Under the pieces are notes generated by a model that was not told the DNA's origin, searched no databases, and was given only the letters and a program-made list of their open reading frames with translations. A stretch of 24,000 nt of DNA from Acidobacteriota bacterium (GTDB taxonomy: Bacteria; Acidobacteriota; Terriglobia; Acidiferrales; UBA7541): assembly GCA_003225295.1 (NCBI GenBank), contig QHYZ01000047.1, forward strand, positions 134,213-158,212. The letters run 5' to 3'. Position 1 is the stretch's first letter. Each line of letters starts with the position of its first letter. The position numbers were made by a program, and so were the translations under genes. Below, piece after piece: positions 7,622 through 17,236 of this stretch.

Positions 7622-9445
7622 CTAATGGCCCACCTGCTCGTCCATCCAGCGCTTGATACGCGCTTCCAAGACACTCAGGGGCACCGCGCCTTCTTCAAGC
7701 ACCGCATCATGAAATTTGCGCACCTCGAATCTTTCGCCCAGTTTCTTCTGGGCTTCCGAGCGCAACTCGCGAATCTTCATCTGCCCGATCTTGTACGCGA
7801 GCGCCTGCCCCGGCCACACGATGTAGCGATCGACTTCGACGGTGATGTCCTGATCGGTCTTTCCGGTATGCTCGCGGAAGAAATCAATGGCCTGCTGCCG
7901 GGTCCAGCCCATGGAATGCATCCCGGTATCCACCACGAGCCTTACCGCGCGCCACATTTCGTAGCCCAGCTGCCCGAATTTCGAATACGCATCTTTGTAC
8001 ATGCCCAGCTCTTCGCCGAGGCTCTCCGAATACAATGCCCAGCCCTCGACAAACGCGGAGTAGCCGAGGTGTTTTCGAAATTCAGGTACGTTTTCCATCT
8101 CCTGCCCGAGCGAAAGCTGAAGATGATGCCCGGGCACCGCCTCATGCAGCGAGAGCGCCTCCATTTCCCACTTTGGTCGCGCGTGAAGGTTGAAGGTGTT
8201 GACGAAATAGCAGCCTGGCCGCCCGGCACTCGGTGCACCCGGTTGATAATACGCCGTTGTCTGTGAAGGCGCTTTGAACTCCGGAATCACGCATACGCCG
8301 TAAGGAAGCCGAGGCAGCTTGCCGAAGAGATGCGCGAGTTCTGGGTCGATCTTTTTTGTGATAATGCGGTAACCGTTCACCAGATCATCCGCCCGGTCAT
8401 AATAGAAGCGCTGATCCGTGCGCAGAACTTCCGTGAAATCGTGGAAGCTGCCCTGGAATCCCGCCGAGGCAATGACCTTGTCCATCCCCACGCGGATACG
8501 TTTTACTTCGGAAAGTCCGATCTCGTGAATCTGTTGCGGCGTCAAGTTCGTGGTGGTCTGCCAGCGCACATGAAACGCGTAAGCTGCGGCGCCGTTGGGC
8601 AGCGCCGTTGCCGCGATCGATTCACGGCAGGCCGGCAGGTACGTCGAAGTCACGTAGTCGTGTAGTTTCTGAAACGCCGGAGCAACGGCGCTGGCGTAAA
8701 GCTTCTTGGCGCGATCGGTAAGCCGGATGCGCTCCACTTCGGGAAATCCCGCGGGGAATTCCTTGAACGGCTCCAGCGGCGGGCTAGCCAGCGGATCGGC
8801 GGGAATCAGACCAGCGATTTGTTTCGGAACATCGCGCAGCATCAACTTCGGCGGCGTATAGCCTTTGTTCAAACCCTCCTGAAGAAACAAACGATTCTGT
8901 TCAATGCTGCCCGGCAGCGCTGCGAGCCGCGCAAGAATATCCTCGTAATCCGCGACCGTTTGGCGCGGCATCGCCGCGATTATTTCTGCCGCACCCTGCT
9001 GGATTCCACCCATCTGCGTTATGGGCATCCAAGAGTTACTCGGGACAACATCACGGAATGGGATAGGATCGTCGCCGTACTGCAAGCCCTCTTCCGCCGT
9101 TTCCAGAAGCTCCCGGTAAAGGTCGTAGTTGAATTGTTCCTCGGCCGGGAGTCGATCGCGCGGAATGGAATCGAGCTTCGTGAGACTCTCGTGGAGGTGG
9201 CGGATTCTCGCTTGCAGGCCCTCTCGCGAATCGTCGCGCCACCGGCGGTTCTGCCCGGGAAACCCAACGAGAGTCGCGGTTTCGGGATATTCCCGCATCC
9301 AGCGTTTCCAATCTTCATGGAGATAAGCGCGGAATTTTCGGCTTGCTTCCGCTGAGCTGGAACTGGTTTGTGCCATCGTCAGCAAGGGCATCACCAGCAG
9401 CGCGCTGCCTGCGGAAAATGCCAGCATCAATGATGTTCGAATCAC
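7622..9445 (-). CDS. DUF885 family secreted protein (putative metallopeptidase-like)
   Basis: 607-aa ORF with N-terminal signal-like segment (MIRTSLMLAFSAGSALLVMPLLTMAQ) and HEAVPGHHLQLSLGQE, ATLVGFPG, GWTRQQAIDFF. GTG start overlaps the cmk stop (GTGA). Confidence 0.85.
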   Translation of the reverse strand: MIRTSLMLAFSAGSALLVMPLLTMAQTSSSSAEASRKFRAYLHEDWKRWMREYPETATLVGFPGQNRRWRDDSREGLQARIRHLHESLTKLDSIPRDRLPAEEQFNYDLYRELLETAEEGLQYGDDPIPFRDVVPSNSWMPITQMGGIQQGAAEIIAAMPRQTVADYEDILARLAALPGSIEQNRLFLQEGLNKGYTPPKLMLRDVPKQIAGLIPADPLASPPLEPFKEFPAGFPEVERIRLTDRAKKLYASAVAPAFQKLHDYVTSTYLPACRESIAATALPNGAAAYAFHVRWQTTTNLTPQQIHEIGLSEVKRIRVGMDKVIASAGFQGSFHDFTEVLRTDQRFYYDRADDLVNGYRIITKKIDPELAHLFGKLPRLPYGVCVIPEFKAPSQTTAYYQPGAPSAGRPGCYFVNTFNLHARPKWEMEALSLHEAVPGHHLQLSLGQEMENVPEFRKHLGYSAFVEGWALYSESLGEELGMYKDAYSKFGQLGYEMWRAVRLVVDTGMHSMGWTRQQAIDFFREHTGKTDQDITVEVDRYIVWPGQALAYKIGQMKIRELRSEAQKKLGERFEVRKFHDAVLEEGAVPLSVLEARIKRWMDEQVGH

Positions 9446-10164
9446 AGATTTGCTCCCGCAACCCCCGCCAATTCTTTCGCGCGATCCTCGGCGAGCATGA
9501 CGATCAACCGCGCGGTTTCTTCGATGCCCATGGCGGTGTTGTCCACCAGCACGGCGTCCCCCGCGCGCACGAGCGGGGACACTTTGCGTTCGCGATCGCG
9601 GCGGTCGCGCTCTATCACTTCGTCGAAAACTTCGGCGAGCGTCATCTTCTCGCCTTTTTCCTGGTGCTCTTTCCAGCGGCGTTCCGCGCGCTCTTCCGGC
9701 GATGCATCCAGAAAAATCTTCAGCTCGGCGTTTGGGAAAACGACGGTTCCGATGTCCCGCCCTTCCATCACGACTCCGCCGCCCCCACCGGCGCGCTGCT
9801 GCTCGGCGACCAGTACGCGACGCACTCCGGCAATCGTTGCGAGTCGCGACGCCGCTTGCGCCACTGCCGGAGTACGAATTTCCCTCGTCACGTCTGTACC
9901 GTCGAGGAATACACCATTGGTCGCGCCCGCCGCTTCCTGCTCCGGTTTAGGGGGCTGTAGTTCGATGTGCGTTTCTTTCGCAAGTGTTTCCAGTCCGACC
10001 TCGTCATTCAGCGACGCACCGTGCCTCAGCGCCTTCAGCGCCAGCGCGCGGTAGGTGGCCCCGCTGTCTAGATACAGATACCCGAGCATGGCGGCAACGC
10101 GCCGCGCCACGCTGCTTTTGCCGGACCCCGCAGGACCATCGATAGCGATAGTAAGTTTTGCCAT
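9442..10164 (-). CDS. cmk: Cytidylate kinase
   Basis: 240-aa ORF with IAIDGPAGSGKSSVARRVAAMLGYLYLDSGATYRALAL, DGTDVTREIRTPAVAQAAS, VMEGRDIGTVVFPNAELKIFLDASPEERAERR. Confidence 0.97.
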   Translation of the reverse strand: MAKLTIAIDGPAGSGKSSVARRVAAMLGYLYLDSGATYRALALKALRHGASLNDEVGLETLAKETHIELQPPKPEQEAAGATNGVFLDGTDVTREIRTPAVAQAASRLATIAGVRRVLVAEQQRAGGGGGVVMEGRDIGTVVFPNAELKIFLDASPEERAERRWKEHQEKGEKMTLAEVFDEVIERDRRDRERKVSPLVRAGDAVLVDNTAMGIEETARLIVMLAEDRAKELAGVAGANL

Positions 10165-10250
10165 CTTCGTGGTTCAGCTCGGTCTTGGGTGTGAGCCTTT
10201 GCTTTGAGGCGGCCGCCAACCGGGCACCGGCAAGAGTCCCTGTGCCACTC

Positions 10251-11015
10251 TCAAAATCCCATGATGTTATAGCCGCAATCGACGTAAATCGTTTCGCCAG
10301 TGATACCGGAACCGGCCTCGGAGAGCAGGAACGCAGCGGTCCCGCCAACTTCCCCCGGATCGACGTTGCGCTTGAGCGGGGCGCGCTCGGCATGCGCCTT
10401 CAACATGTCTCCCAACCCAGAGATCCCTCGTGCCGCCAGCGTTTTGATCGGGCCGGCAGAGATGGCATTCACTCGGATGTTCTTCGGCCCCAGGTCGTTT
10501 GCCAGATAGCGCACACTTGCTTCGAGTGCGGCCTTAGCGACACCCATCACGTTGTACTTCGGCACGACTTTTTCCGCGCCGTAGTACGTCAGCGTGACGA
10601 TTCCTCCGCCCGCCGTCATCAGCGGCGCGGCAGCGCGCGCCACCGCGACCAGCGAGTACACGCTGATGTCATGCGCGATACGAAATCCCTCGCGCGTGGT
10701 GTTCACAAATTCGCCCTTCAATTCTTCCGCAGGAGCAAACGCCACGCTGTGCACGATCCCGTTCAACAAGCCATATCGCGTTTTTAGTTCATCGAAGAGT
10801 CTTGCGATTTGGTCGTCCGACGAGACATCACACATGAAGCCCGCCGCGCCCGGCAGATCGGTGATCAAGTCTCTGGCTTCCTGCTCCATCCGATCGTTCT
10901 GATAGGTGATAGCCAGCCGCCAGCCGGCTTGGTGCAGCTTCTGGGCGATAGCCCACGCAATGCTGCGCTTGTTGGCCAGGCCGAAAATCACTCCCGTTTT
11001 CTGCGTCTCCGTCAT
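10251..11015 (-). CDS. fabI: Enoyl-[acyl-carrier-protein] reductase (NADH), FabI
   Basis: 254-aa ORF: GVIFGLANKRSIAWAIAQKLHQAGWRLAITYQ, TREGFRIAHDISVYSLVAVARAA, LTYYGAEKVVPKYNVMGVAKAALEASVRYLANDLGPKNIRVNAISAGPIKTLAA. Confidence 0.97.
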   Translation of the reverse strand: MTETQKTGVIFGLANKRSIAWAIAQKLHQAGWRLAITYQNDRMEQEARDLITDLPGAAGFMCDVSSDDQIARLFDELKTRYGLLNGIVHSVAFAPAEELKGEFVNTTREGFRIAHDISVYSLVAVARAAAPLMTAGGGIVTLTYYGAEKVVPKYNVMGVAKAALEASVRYLANDLGPKNIRVNAISAGPIKTLAARGISGLGDMLKAHAERAPLKRNVDPGEVGGTAAFLLSEAGSGITGETIYVDCGYNIMGF

Positions 11016-11034
11016 CCGCGTCTCCCCACACTTA

Positions 11035-11149
11035 TCATCCTGAGGTCCCCACCGGTCGGGGCCCGAACGATCTCATCGCAACCATCTGCGACCAACTTCG
11101 GATTGCGCGCCAATCATCACCTTGAGTTCCTGTGCTTCCCTCAGGATGA
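11035..11149. repeat. Intergenic element bounded by 11-bp inverted repeats
   Basis: TCATCCTGAGG (11035-11045) and its exact reverse complement CCTCAGGATGA (11139-11149) in the fabI-mutL gap. Confidence 0.55.
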
Positions 11150-11175
11150 CAATATGCTTTGCGTGCATGACATGG

Positions 11176-13131
11176 CTAAATGCGATGAAAGGCCTTCTCA
11201 ATTTCTTTCATGGAATACCGCAGCACCACCGGCCGCCCATGCGGGCAGCTCATCGGACAATCGGTCTTGGCCAGCGCGTCCAGCAGCCATTCCATTTTCG
11301 ATTGTTCGAGCGGCGTGTTCACCTTGATCGCCGCGTGGCACGCGGTGGACGCCGCGATTTTCGCCTGCAGTGTTTCCATCGAAATCGCCGCGTTTTCGCG
11401 CTCGATGCCATCGAGAATTTCGGTGAGCAGTTTTTCAGCATCGGGCGCGCCAACCCCGGCGGGCACGGCCTGGATCGCCACGCTCTTAGGACCCATGGGC
11501 TCGACTTCAAATCCGTTCGCGAACAGTTCTTCGGTGATCTTTTCAAACGTGACGATCTGGCGGGGCGACAATTCAATCACCAGCGGCATGAGCATGCGCT
11601 GCGATTCTACTCTTCCGGCGCGCCGCGCTTCCAAATGCTGCTCAAAGAGTACGCGCTCGTGCGCCACATGTTGATCTACGATCCACAGCCCTTCGCCGTT
11701 CACGGCAACGATGAAGCTTGCGCTCACCTGACCCAGTGGCTTTAGATCTGCTATGTGTTCGGTGCGCGGGAGACTCGCGGGAGCGTCCGCGCTAGGGGCG
11801 GCGAGATTGGCGGCCCAATTTCCAGAAGAAGTCTGCGCTGGTGCGACAGCTGCGCCAAAGGCAGTCCCGGAAGTGAATGGAATCCGCTGTTCGACGGGTC
11901 CGAGGGTCGCGCCGGTGGGATCAAATCCACCGTCGGAGCCGACACCGACCTCTTCCACGGGAGGAATAATCGCGCGCGGCACGCGCGATTCCACCGCCGC
12001 GGGCGTTATGCCACCGGAAAACGTCCCATTTCCTGAGCCCCCGGTTTGCGGCGTGGCGGCAGCGGCCGCAGCGAAACTTGCAATCGGCCGCGCGCCCATC
12101 AATGCTTGCCGAATTGCATCGCGCGCAAAATCGTGGACCAATTGGGAACGCCGGAAGCGCACTTCGATTTTTGCCGGATGCACGTTGACGTCGACTTCGT
12201 CGTAGGGCATCTCCAGGAAAAGCAGCGTCGCGGGAAAGACGGCCGGCGGGAGAATGTTGCGATAGGCCTCGTGAATGGCGTGCAGAATCAGCCGGTCACG
12301 CACCAGGCGCCGGTTTACAAAAATGTAGATTCCATTGCGATTCATCCGCTGTATGTCGGGACGCGAGGTAAACCCACTCACCGTCAGCGATGACTTTTCG
12401 TCTTGCGGTTCGAGTTCCGGCTCGGTGATGGCCGCGCGGAAAGGCGCAGAGACGGCGAGAATTTCCACCAGCTCTTCCAGTGCTTGCCGTCCGAAGAGTT
12501 GATAGACGCGGTCGGCCAGCTTCTCCGCGGGCGGACAGTTAATGATTTCCTGGGTCGGGGTCGTGAGAATGAATTGTTTGCCGGGATTCGCGAGCGCGTA
12601 GTGGGTGACCAGCGAAGCGATGTGGCCCAACTCCGTGGTGTCCGCCTTGAGGAATTTTCTGCGCGCTGGGACACAATAAAAAATGTCGGCGACGCTGATG
12701 GTCGTTCCCACAGGCAAACCCGCCGACTTTACGTTAACCAGCTTGCCCCCCGCGAATTCGACGCGCGTGCCTTCGGCTTCCGCTTCCTCACGCGTTTCGA
12801 GCAGCAATCGCGATACGGCGGCGATCGTTGGCAAGGCCTCACCGCGAAATCCCAGCGTGGCAATCGAGAGCAGATCGTCTGCCGAGCGCAACTTGCTCGT
12901 GGCGTGGCGCTCGAACGCCAACAGCGCATCGTCATGGGTCATCCCGTGACCATCATCGATCACGCGAATCATGCGCTTGCCGCCGACCTCCACTTCGACA
13001 CGAATCGTCTTCGCACCTGCGTCGATGGCATTCTCCAGGAGCTCTTTCACCACCGACGCCGGCCGCTCGACAACCTCGCCCGCGGCGATTTTATTCGCCA
13101 CCGCCTCCGGCAATATACGTATCCGTGACAT
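11176..13131 (-). CDS. mutL: DNA mismatch repair protein MutL
   Basis: 651-aa ORF: IRILPEAVANKIAAGEVVERPASVVKELLENAIDAGA, DDGHGM, FERHATSKL, GFRGEAL, VDVNVHPAKIEVRF; C-terminal DQHVAHERVLFE and CPHGRPVV motifs. Confidence 0.98.
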   Translation of the reverse strand: MSRIRILPEAVANKIAAGEVVERPASVVKELLENAIDAGAKTIRVEVEVGGKRMIRVIDDGHGMTHDDALLAFERHATSKLRSADDLLSIATLGFRGEALPTIAAVSRLLLETREEAEAEGTRVEFAGGKLVNVKSAGLPVGTTISVADIFYCVPARRKFLKADTTELGHIASLVTHYALANPGKQFILTTPTQEIINCPPAEKLADRVYQLFGRQALEELVEILAVSAPFRAAITEPELEPQDEKSSLTVSGFTSRPDIQRMNRNGIYIFVNRRLVRDRLILHAIHEAYRNILPPAVFPATLLFLEMPYDEVDVNVHPAKIEVRFRRSQLVHDFARDAIRQALMGARPIASFAAAAAATPQTGGSGNGTFSGGITPAAVESRVPRAIIPPVEEVGVGSDGGFDPTGATLGPVEQRIPFTSGTAFGAAVAPAQTSSGNWAANLAAPSADAPASLPRTEHIADLKPLGQVSASFIVAVNGEGLWIVDQHVAHERVLFEQHLEARRAGRVESQRMLMPLVIELSPRQIVTFEKITEELFANGFEVEPMGPKSVAIQAVPAGVGAPDAEKLLTEILDGIERENAAISMETLQAKIAASTACHAAIKVNTPLEQSKMEWLLDALAKTDCPMSCPHGRPVVLRYSMKEIEKAFHRI

Positions 13132-14915
13132 CAGCTGAGCCTGTCAGTCTCTAGGGCGATGCCCAACTGGTCAAGCTGGTCTTGGTCCACTGGTGACGGC
13201 GAATCGGCCATCAAATCCTGTGCGGCAGTCGTTTTCGCGAAGGCGATGACTTCGCGGATGGACTTTTCACCGGCGAGGAGCATGACCACGCGGTCGATCC
13301 CGAGTGCGATGCCGCCATGCGGAGGAGTGCCATAGGTCAACGCGTCGAGGAAGAAACCGAAGCGGCGACGCAATTGCTCTTCGGATAGGCCCAGCGCTTT
13401 GAACAAGCGCTCCTGAATGTCCTGGCGGTGAATTCGAATGCTGCCGGAGCCGAGCTCATTGCCATTCAGAACGAGGTCGTAGCCTTTCGAACGCACTTCC
13501 CAGGGCGCCGATTCGAGCTTTTCCAGGTCTTCATCGACGATGCCGGTGAAGGGATGCTGCGCGCTCACCCAGGTTTTGTCGGACTCGCTCCATTCGAACA
13601 GCGGAAAGCCTGTGAGCCACAAGAATTTCCACTGGGACCTGTCGATCACGCCGAGTGCTTCACCAAGGTGAACACGTAATTGACCCGCGATCAGCGCGGC
13701 TGCTTCGGTGCCTTTGATTTGTTCTTTCGCGGAAACAGCGACAACCAGATCGCCGGCCTTCGCGCCGCATGCCTCGGCGAGCTTCTTCACATTCTCCGCG
13801 CCGATCAATTTCTCAACCGTCGAGGTCAACCCTTCCGGTGCTACTTTTACGAAATATGCGCCGCGCGCGTGGAGCGACTTGGCCTTCTCCGTCAACTCGT
13901 CAAGCTGCTTGCGCGAATAGCCTGCCGCTCCCGGGGCGGCAAAAGCGAAGACATGGCCTTCGATCTGCAGTTTTTCCTTTGCCGAGACTGGGAAACAAGG
14001 CGTCACTTCATGCAATTCCATTCCAAAGCGCATGTCCGGTTTGTCGCTGCCGTACGTTCGAATGGCATCCTTATAGAGCATGTGCGGGAACGGCGCTTCG
14101 GCCTTGATGCCTGCGACAGCACAAGCACGCACCATCACGTTTTCGATCACGCGGAAGACGTCTTCCTGCCTCGGAAATGACATTTCCAGGTCGAGCTGCG
14201 TGAATTCGAGCTGGCGGTCAGCGCGCAAATCTTCGTCTCGGAAGCACTTCACGATCTGAAAGTATTTGTCCACCCCGGCGATCATCAGAATCTGCTTGAA
14301 AATCTGTGGCGACTGCGGCAGCGCGTAAAACTGCCCGTGATGAATACGACTGGGCACAAGAAAGTCGCGCGCCCCTTCCGGCGTCGAGCGCGTGAGCATG
14401 GGGGTTTCCACTTCGAGGAAGCCCATCTCGTCCATCACCTTGCGAATTTCGAGGATGATCTTGTGGCGCAGCGCGAGATTATGGTGCGGCTTCGGCCGAC
14501 GAAGGTCGAGATAGCGGAAGCGCAGGCGCGTCTCTTCCGCCGCGTTGATTTCGTCTTCGATCGGGAAGGGAGGCGTCTTGGCGTTATTCAGAATGTGCAA
14601 TTTCGCCGCCACGAGCTCCACTTCCCCGCTGGACAATTCCGGATTGGCTTTCTGCCGCTTGAGGACCTTGCCCTCGACGGCGACGACGAATTCGCCGCGT
14701 GCCTGCTCGGCTTTGGCGTGCGCCGCAGGCTGCGTCTCTTTGTTGAAGACTACTTGGACGATGCCGGTGCGGTCGCGCACGTCGAGAAAGAGCAGATTGC
14801 CCAGGTCGCGGCGCCGCGCCACCCAGCCCATCACAACAGCTTCTTGTCCTTCGTGCTTCGCGCGGAGCTCGCCGCAGTAATGTGTGCGCTTCAAGTTTCC
14901 CAGAAAGTCCAGCAC
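13131..14915 (-). CDS. aspS: Aspartyl-tRNA synthetase
   Basis: 594-aa ORF: THYCGELR, GWVARRRDLGNLLFLDVRDRTGIVQVVF, LRFRYLDLRRP, FLEVETPMLTRSTPEGARDFLVPSR, QSPQIFKQILM, and GIALGIDRVVMLLAG; bacterial-type insert present. Stop overlaps the mutL start (TGATG). Confidence 0.98.
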   Translation of the reverse strand: MLDFLGNLKRTHYCGELRAKHEGQEAVVMGWVARRRDLGNLLFLDVRDRTGIVQVVFNKETQPAAHAKAEQARGEFVVAVEGKVLKRQKANPELSSGEVELVAAKLHILNNAKTPPFPIEDEINAAEETRLRFRYLDLRRPKPHHNLALRHKIILEIRKVMDEMGFLEVETPMLTRSTPEGARDFLVPSRIHHGQFYALPQSPQIFKQILMIAGVDKYFQIVKCFRDEDLRADRQLEFTQLDLEMSFPRQEDVFRVIENVMVRACAVAGIKAEAPFPHMLYKDAIRTYGSDKPDMRFGMELHEVTPCFPVSAKEKLQIEGHVFAFAAPGAAGYSRKQLDELTEKAKSLHARGAYFVKVAPEGLTSTVEKLIGAENVKKLAEACGAKAGDLVVAVSAKEQIKGTEAAALIAGQLRVHLGEALGVIDRSQWKFLWLTGFPLFEWSESDKTWVSAQHPFTGIVDEDLEKLESAPWEVRSKGYDLVLNGNELGSGSIRIHRQDIQERLFKALGLSEEQLRRRFGFFLDALTYGTPPHGGIALGIDRVVMLLAGEKSIREVIAFAKTTAAQDLMADSPSPVDQDQLDQLGIALETDRLS

Positions 14916-14944
14916 GGTCCCTGACCTCTCAAATCTCTACCATC

Positions 14945-15069
14945 GTCATGCTGAGCCCTTCGACAGCGCTCAGGGTAAAGTTCCGCAAAGCATCTCCACT
15001 CATCATCACGCGGGGCGTGTCCGACGTTCGGATCCTTCGGCCATCCTGGCCGGATGACCTCAGGATGAC
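14945..15069. repeat. Intergenic CTGAG/CTCAG repeat related to the fabI-mutL copy
   Basis: GTCATGCTGAGC (14945-14956) with CCCTTCGACAGCGCTCAG, ending in CCTCAGGATGAC (15058-15069), which overlaps the hisS stop codon. Confidence 0.5.
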
Positions 15070-16646
15070 CCCGCTTTGCTTTTGCGCAAGTGCTCGATCA
15101 ATGCGGGCTCCGGCAATTTTAGCTGCGAGCCGTCCGCCAGCGTCTTCAACGTCCACAAGCCTTCGGATACTTCATTATCGCCAAGGATCAGCGCGTGTTT
15201 CGCGCCGAGCTTGTCCGCCTGGCCGAGAGCTTTGCCGAATTTTTGTTCTACCGGCGGCAGCTCAACACTGAAGCCCGCTTTGCGCAGATCTTTCGCCGCG
15301 CGGATGGCGGTCGCGTGAGCTCGTTCACCCATCCAAGCAATGTACACGTCGCGGCCCGGCTGCGCAGGTGCTTTCCTGCTCTCCTGCAACGACAAGATCA
15401 GGCGGTCTTCGCCGATGGCAAACCCAATGCCCTTGGTTGGCGGCCCGCCAAGCAATTCTACTAGCCCGTCGTAGCGGCCGCCGCCGCAGACGGCATTTTG
15501 CGAGCCCAGTCCCTGCGCCGTGATTTCAAAGGTCGTGCGCATGTAATAATCCAGCCCGCGCACTAGCCGCCAATTCTCCCGGAAGAACACGCCACGCATT
15601 TCAAGTTGACGTTTTACGGCCGCGTAGTGCGTCGCGCAGGCTTCGCACAGGTGATCGGTGATACGCGGCAGCGTGGCGATAGTGCCCTGCTCGCTTTCGA
15701 GTTTCGAATCGAGCACGCGCAGCGGATTCGTTCGAATCCTCCGCTGGCTGTCTGGCCCGAGCTTGTCTTTCACTTTCAGCAGCTCCGCGCGCAGCAATTC
15801 GACGTATTTCGGCCGGCATTCGCGGCAGCCGATTGAATTGATGTCCAGCTGCACGCCATGCAATTCCAGCCGGTCGAAAAACGTCATGACCATTTCAATC
15901 ACTTCGGCGTCGATGGCCGGTGCGTCGCTGCCGCCCAGCACCTCCGCGCCGATCTGATAAAACTGCCGGTAGCGTCCTCTCTGCGGGCGCTCGCGCCGGA
16001 ACATCGGCCCGATGTAATACAGCTTGACCGGCTGCGGAAGCTGCTGCATCCCATGTTCGATATACGCGCGACATACGCTGGCGGTGGCTTCTGGACGCAA
16101 CGAAATAACATCGCCAAACCTAACCTGACGGACGGCATCTTTTAACTCCGCCACTCTCGGGAGGATTTCGCGCTCACCTTGGTATCCAAAAGCCTGAAGA
16201 TTGGCGGTAAGCTCGCGGGCCATTTGCAAGGTGCGTTCGTTCTCAGGAGTTTTTGGGATACGTCCAGCCTCGAATGCCTTTTCCGCGGCCAAAATGAAAT
16301 TCCCAACGCGGTCCAGGAAATCTATGAGCGCCTCTCCGGTGGCCAAGGAAGCAACATTTGTCACCACTGCGGTTCGAAGCTCAACAAGTTCAGTTGCTTC
16401 GTAGTCCTCGAATGTGTACATCTCTTTTGAAACGACATCGGTATCCAGGCCGATGGAGCGTGCAAACAACTCGGTCGGCTCGAAGATGGGGACACGGATT
16501 GCGCCAAAGCCGAAAGTGGCAAAGACTTGGTTGGCGGTTTGCTCGACATGATTCCAGAGCGCCGTCTCTGGCGGCAAGAGATCGCGGGTGCCGCGGATGG
16601 CCTGAAACTTGCGCCGTTCTTCCTTTTTGGCTGCGCCTTCGCTCAC
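15060..16646 (-). CDS. hisS: Histidyl-tRNA synthetase with an internal insertion
   Basis: 528-aa ORF: FQAIRGTRDLLPPETALWNHVEQ, DVVSKEMYTFED, LRPEATASVCRAYIEHGM, YYIGPMFRRERPQRGRYRQFYQIGAEVLG, GLDYYMRTTFEI, GGRYDGLVELLGGPPTKGIGFAIGEDRL. Confidence 0.96.
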   Translation of the reverse strand: MSEGAAKKEERRKFQAIRGTRDLLPPETALWNHVEQTANQVFATFGFGAIRVPIFEPTELFARSIGLDTDVVSKEMYTFEDYEATELVELRTAVVTNVASLATGEALIDFLDRVGNFILAAEKAFEAGRIPKTPENERTLQMARELTANLQAFGYQGEREILPRVAELKDAVRQVRFGDVISLRPEATASVCRAYIEHGMQQLPQPVKLYYIGPMFRRERPQRGRYRQFYQIGAEVLGGSDAPAIDAEVIEMVMTFFDRLELHGVQLDINSIGCRECRPKYVELLRAELLKVKDKLGPDSQRRIRTNPLRVLDSKLESEQGTIATLPRITDHLCEACATHYAAVKRQLEMRGVFFRENWRLVRGLDYYMRTTFEITAQGLGSQNAVCGGGRYDGLVELLGGPPTKGIGFAIGEDRLILSLQESRKAPAQPGRDVYIAWMGERAHATAIRAAKDLRKAGFSVELPPVEQKFGKALGQADKLGAKHALILGDNEVSEGLWTLKTLADGSQLKLPEPALIEHLRKSKAGSS

Positions 16647-17176
16647 TCGGTGGGTTCCTCGCGATAGATATTTTTATAGCCGACGTAGCGCTGGGCGTAG
16701 GAATCGATCGATGCCTTGTCGATCTCGGTGAGCGCACGCCTCACTTTTCCTGGCGAGCCCATGACCAGGCTGCCGGCAGGAATCGCAGTTCTCTCGGTGA
16801 TCAGTGTACCCGCCGCGACGATGCTGCCCGCGCCAATGGTCACGCCGTTCAGAATGACCGCGCCCATGCCGATCAGGCAGCGCGACTCGATGGTGCAGCC
16901 ATGCAGCGTCACCGAATGGCCGACGGTGACGTCATCGCCGAGGATCAGTGGCCGCTCGTCGCGCATGACGTGTAGCACCGAGCCGTCCTGAATGTTGGTC
17001 CGCGCGCCGATGCGGATGTAGTGGACATCGCCGCGAACCACGGCGCACGGCCACACGCTGGAGTCCTCGCCAATCACAACGTCGCCGATGATAACGGCTG
17101 CGGGGTCGATATAGGCCGAAGCGGCGATTCGCGGCCGCTTGCCGCGATGGGGCCGGATGTCGGGTGGTCGTGCCAA
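16643..17176 (-). CDS. Gamma-class carbonic anhydrase-like / left-handed beta-helix hexapeptide protein
   Basis: 177-aa ORF with hexapeptide repeats (AAVIIGDVVIGEDSSVWPCAVVRGDVHYIRIGARTNIQDGSVLHV; DDVTVGHSVTLHGCTIESRCLIGMGAVILNGVTIGAGSIVAAG). Confidence 0.92.
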   Translation of the reverse strand: MARPPDIRPHRGKRPRIAASAYIDPAAVIIGDVVIGEDSSVWPCAVVRGDVHYIRIGARTNIQDGSVLHVMRDERPLILGDDVTVGHSVTLHGCTIESRCLIGMGAVILNGVTIGAGSIVAAGTLITERTAIPAGSLVMGSPGKVRRALTEIDKASIDSYAQRYVGYKNIYREEPTE

Positions 17177-17236
17177 TCGTGTCCTTTTCCCCGGTCTACC
17201 TTCGTCTCAGCCGCGAGCGGTGGCGCTATCTCATTG

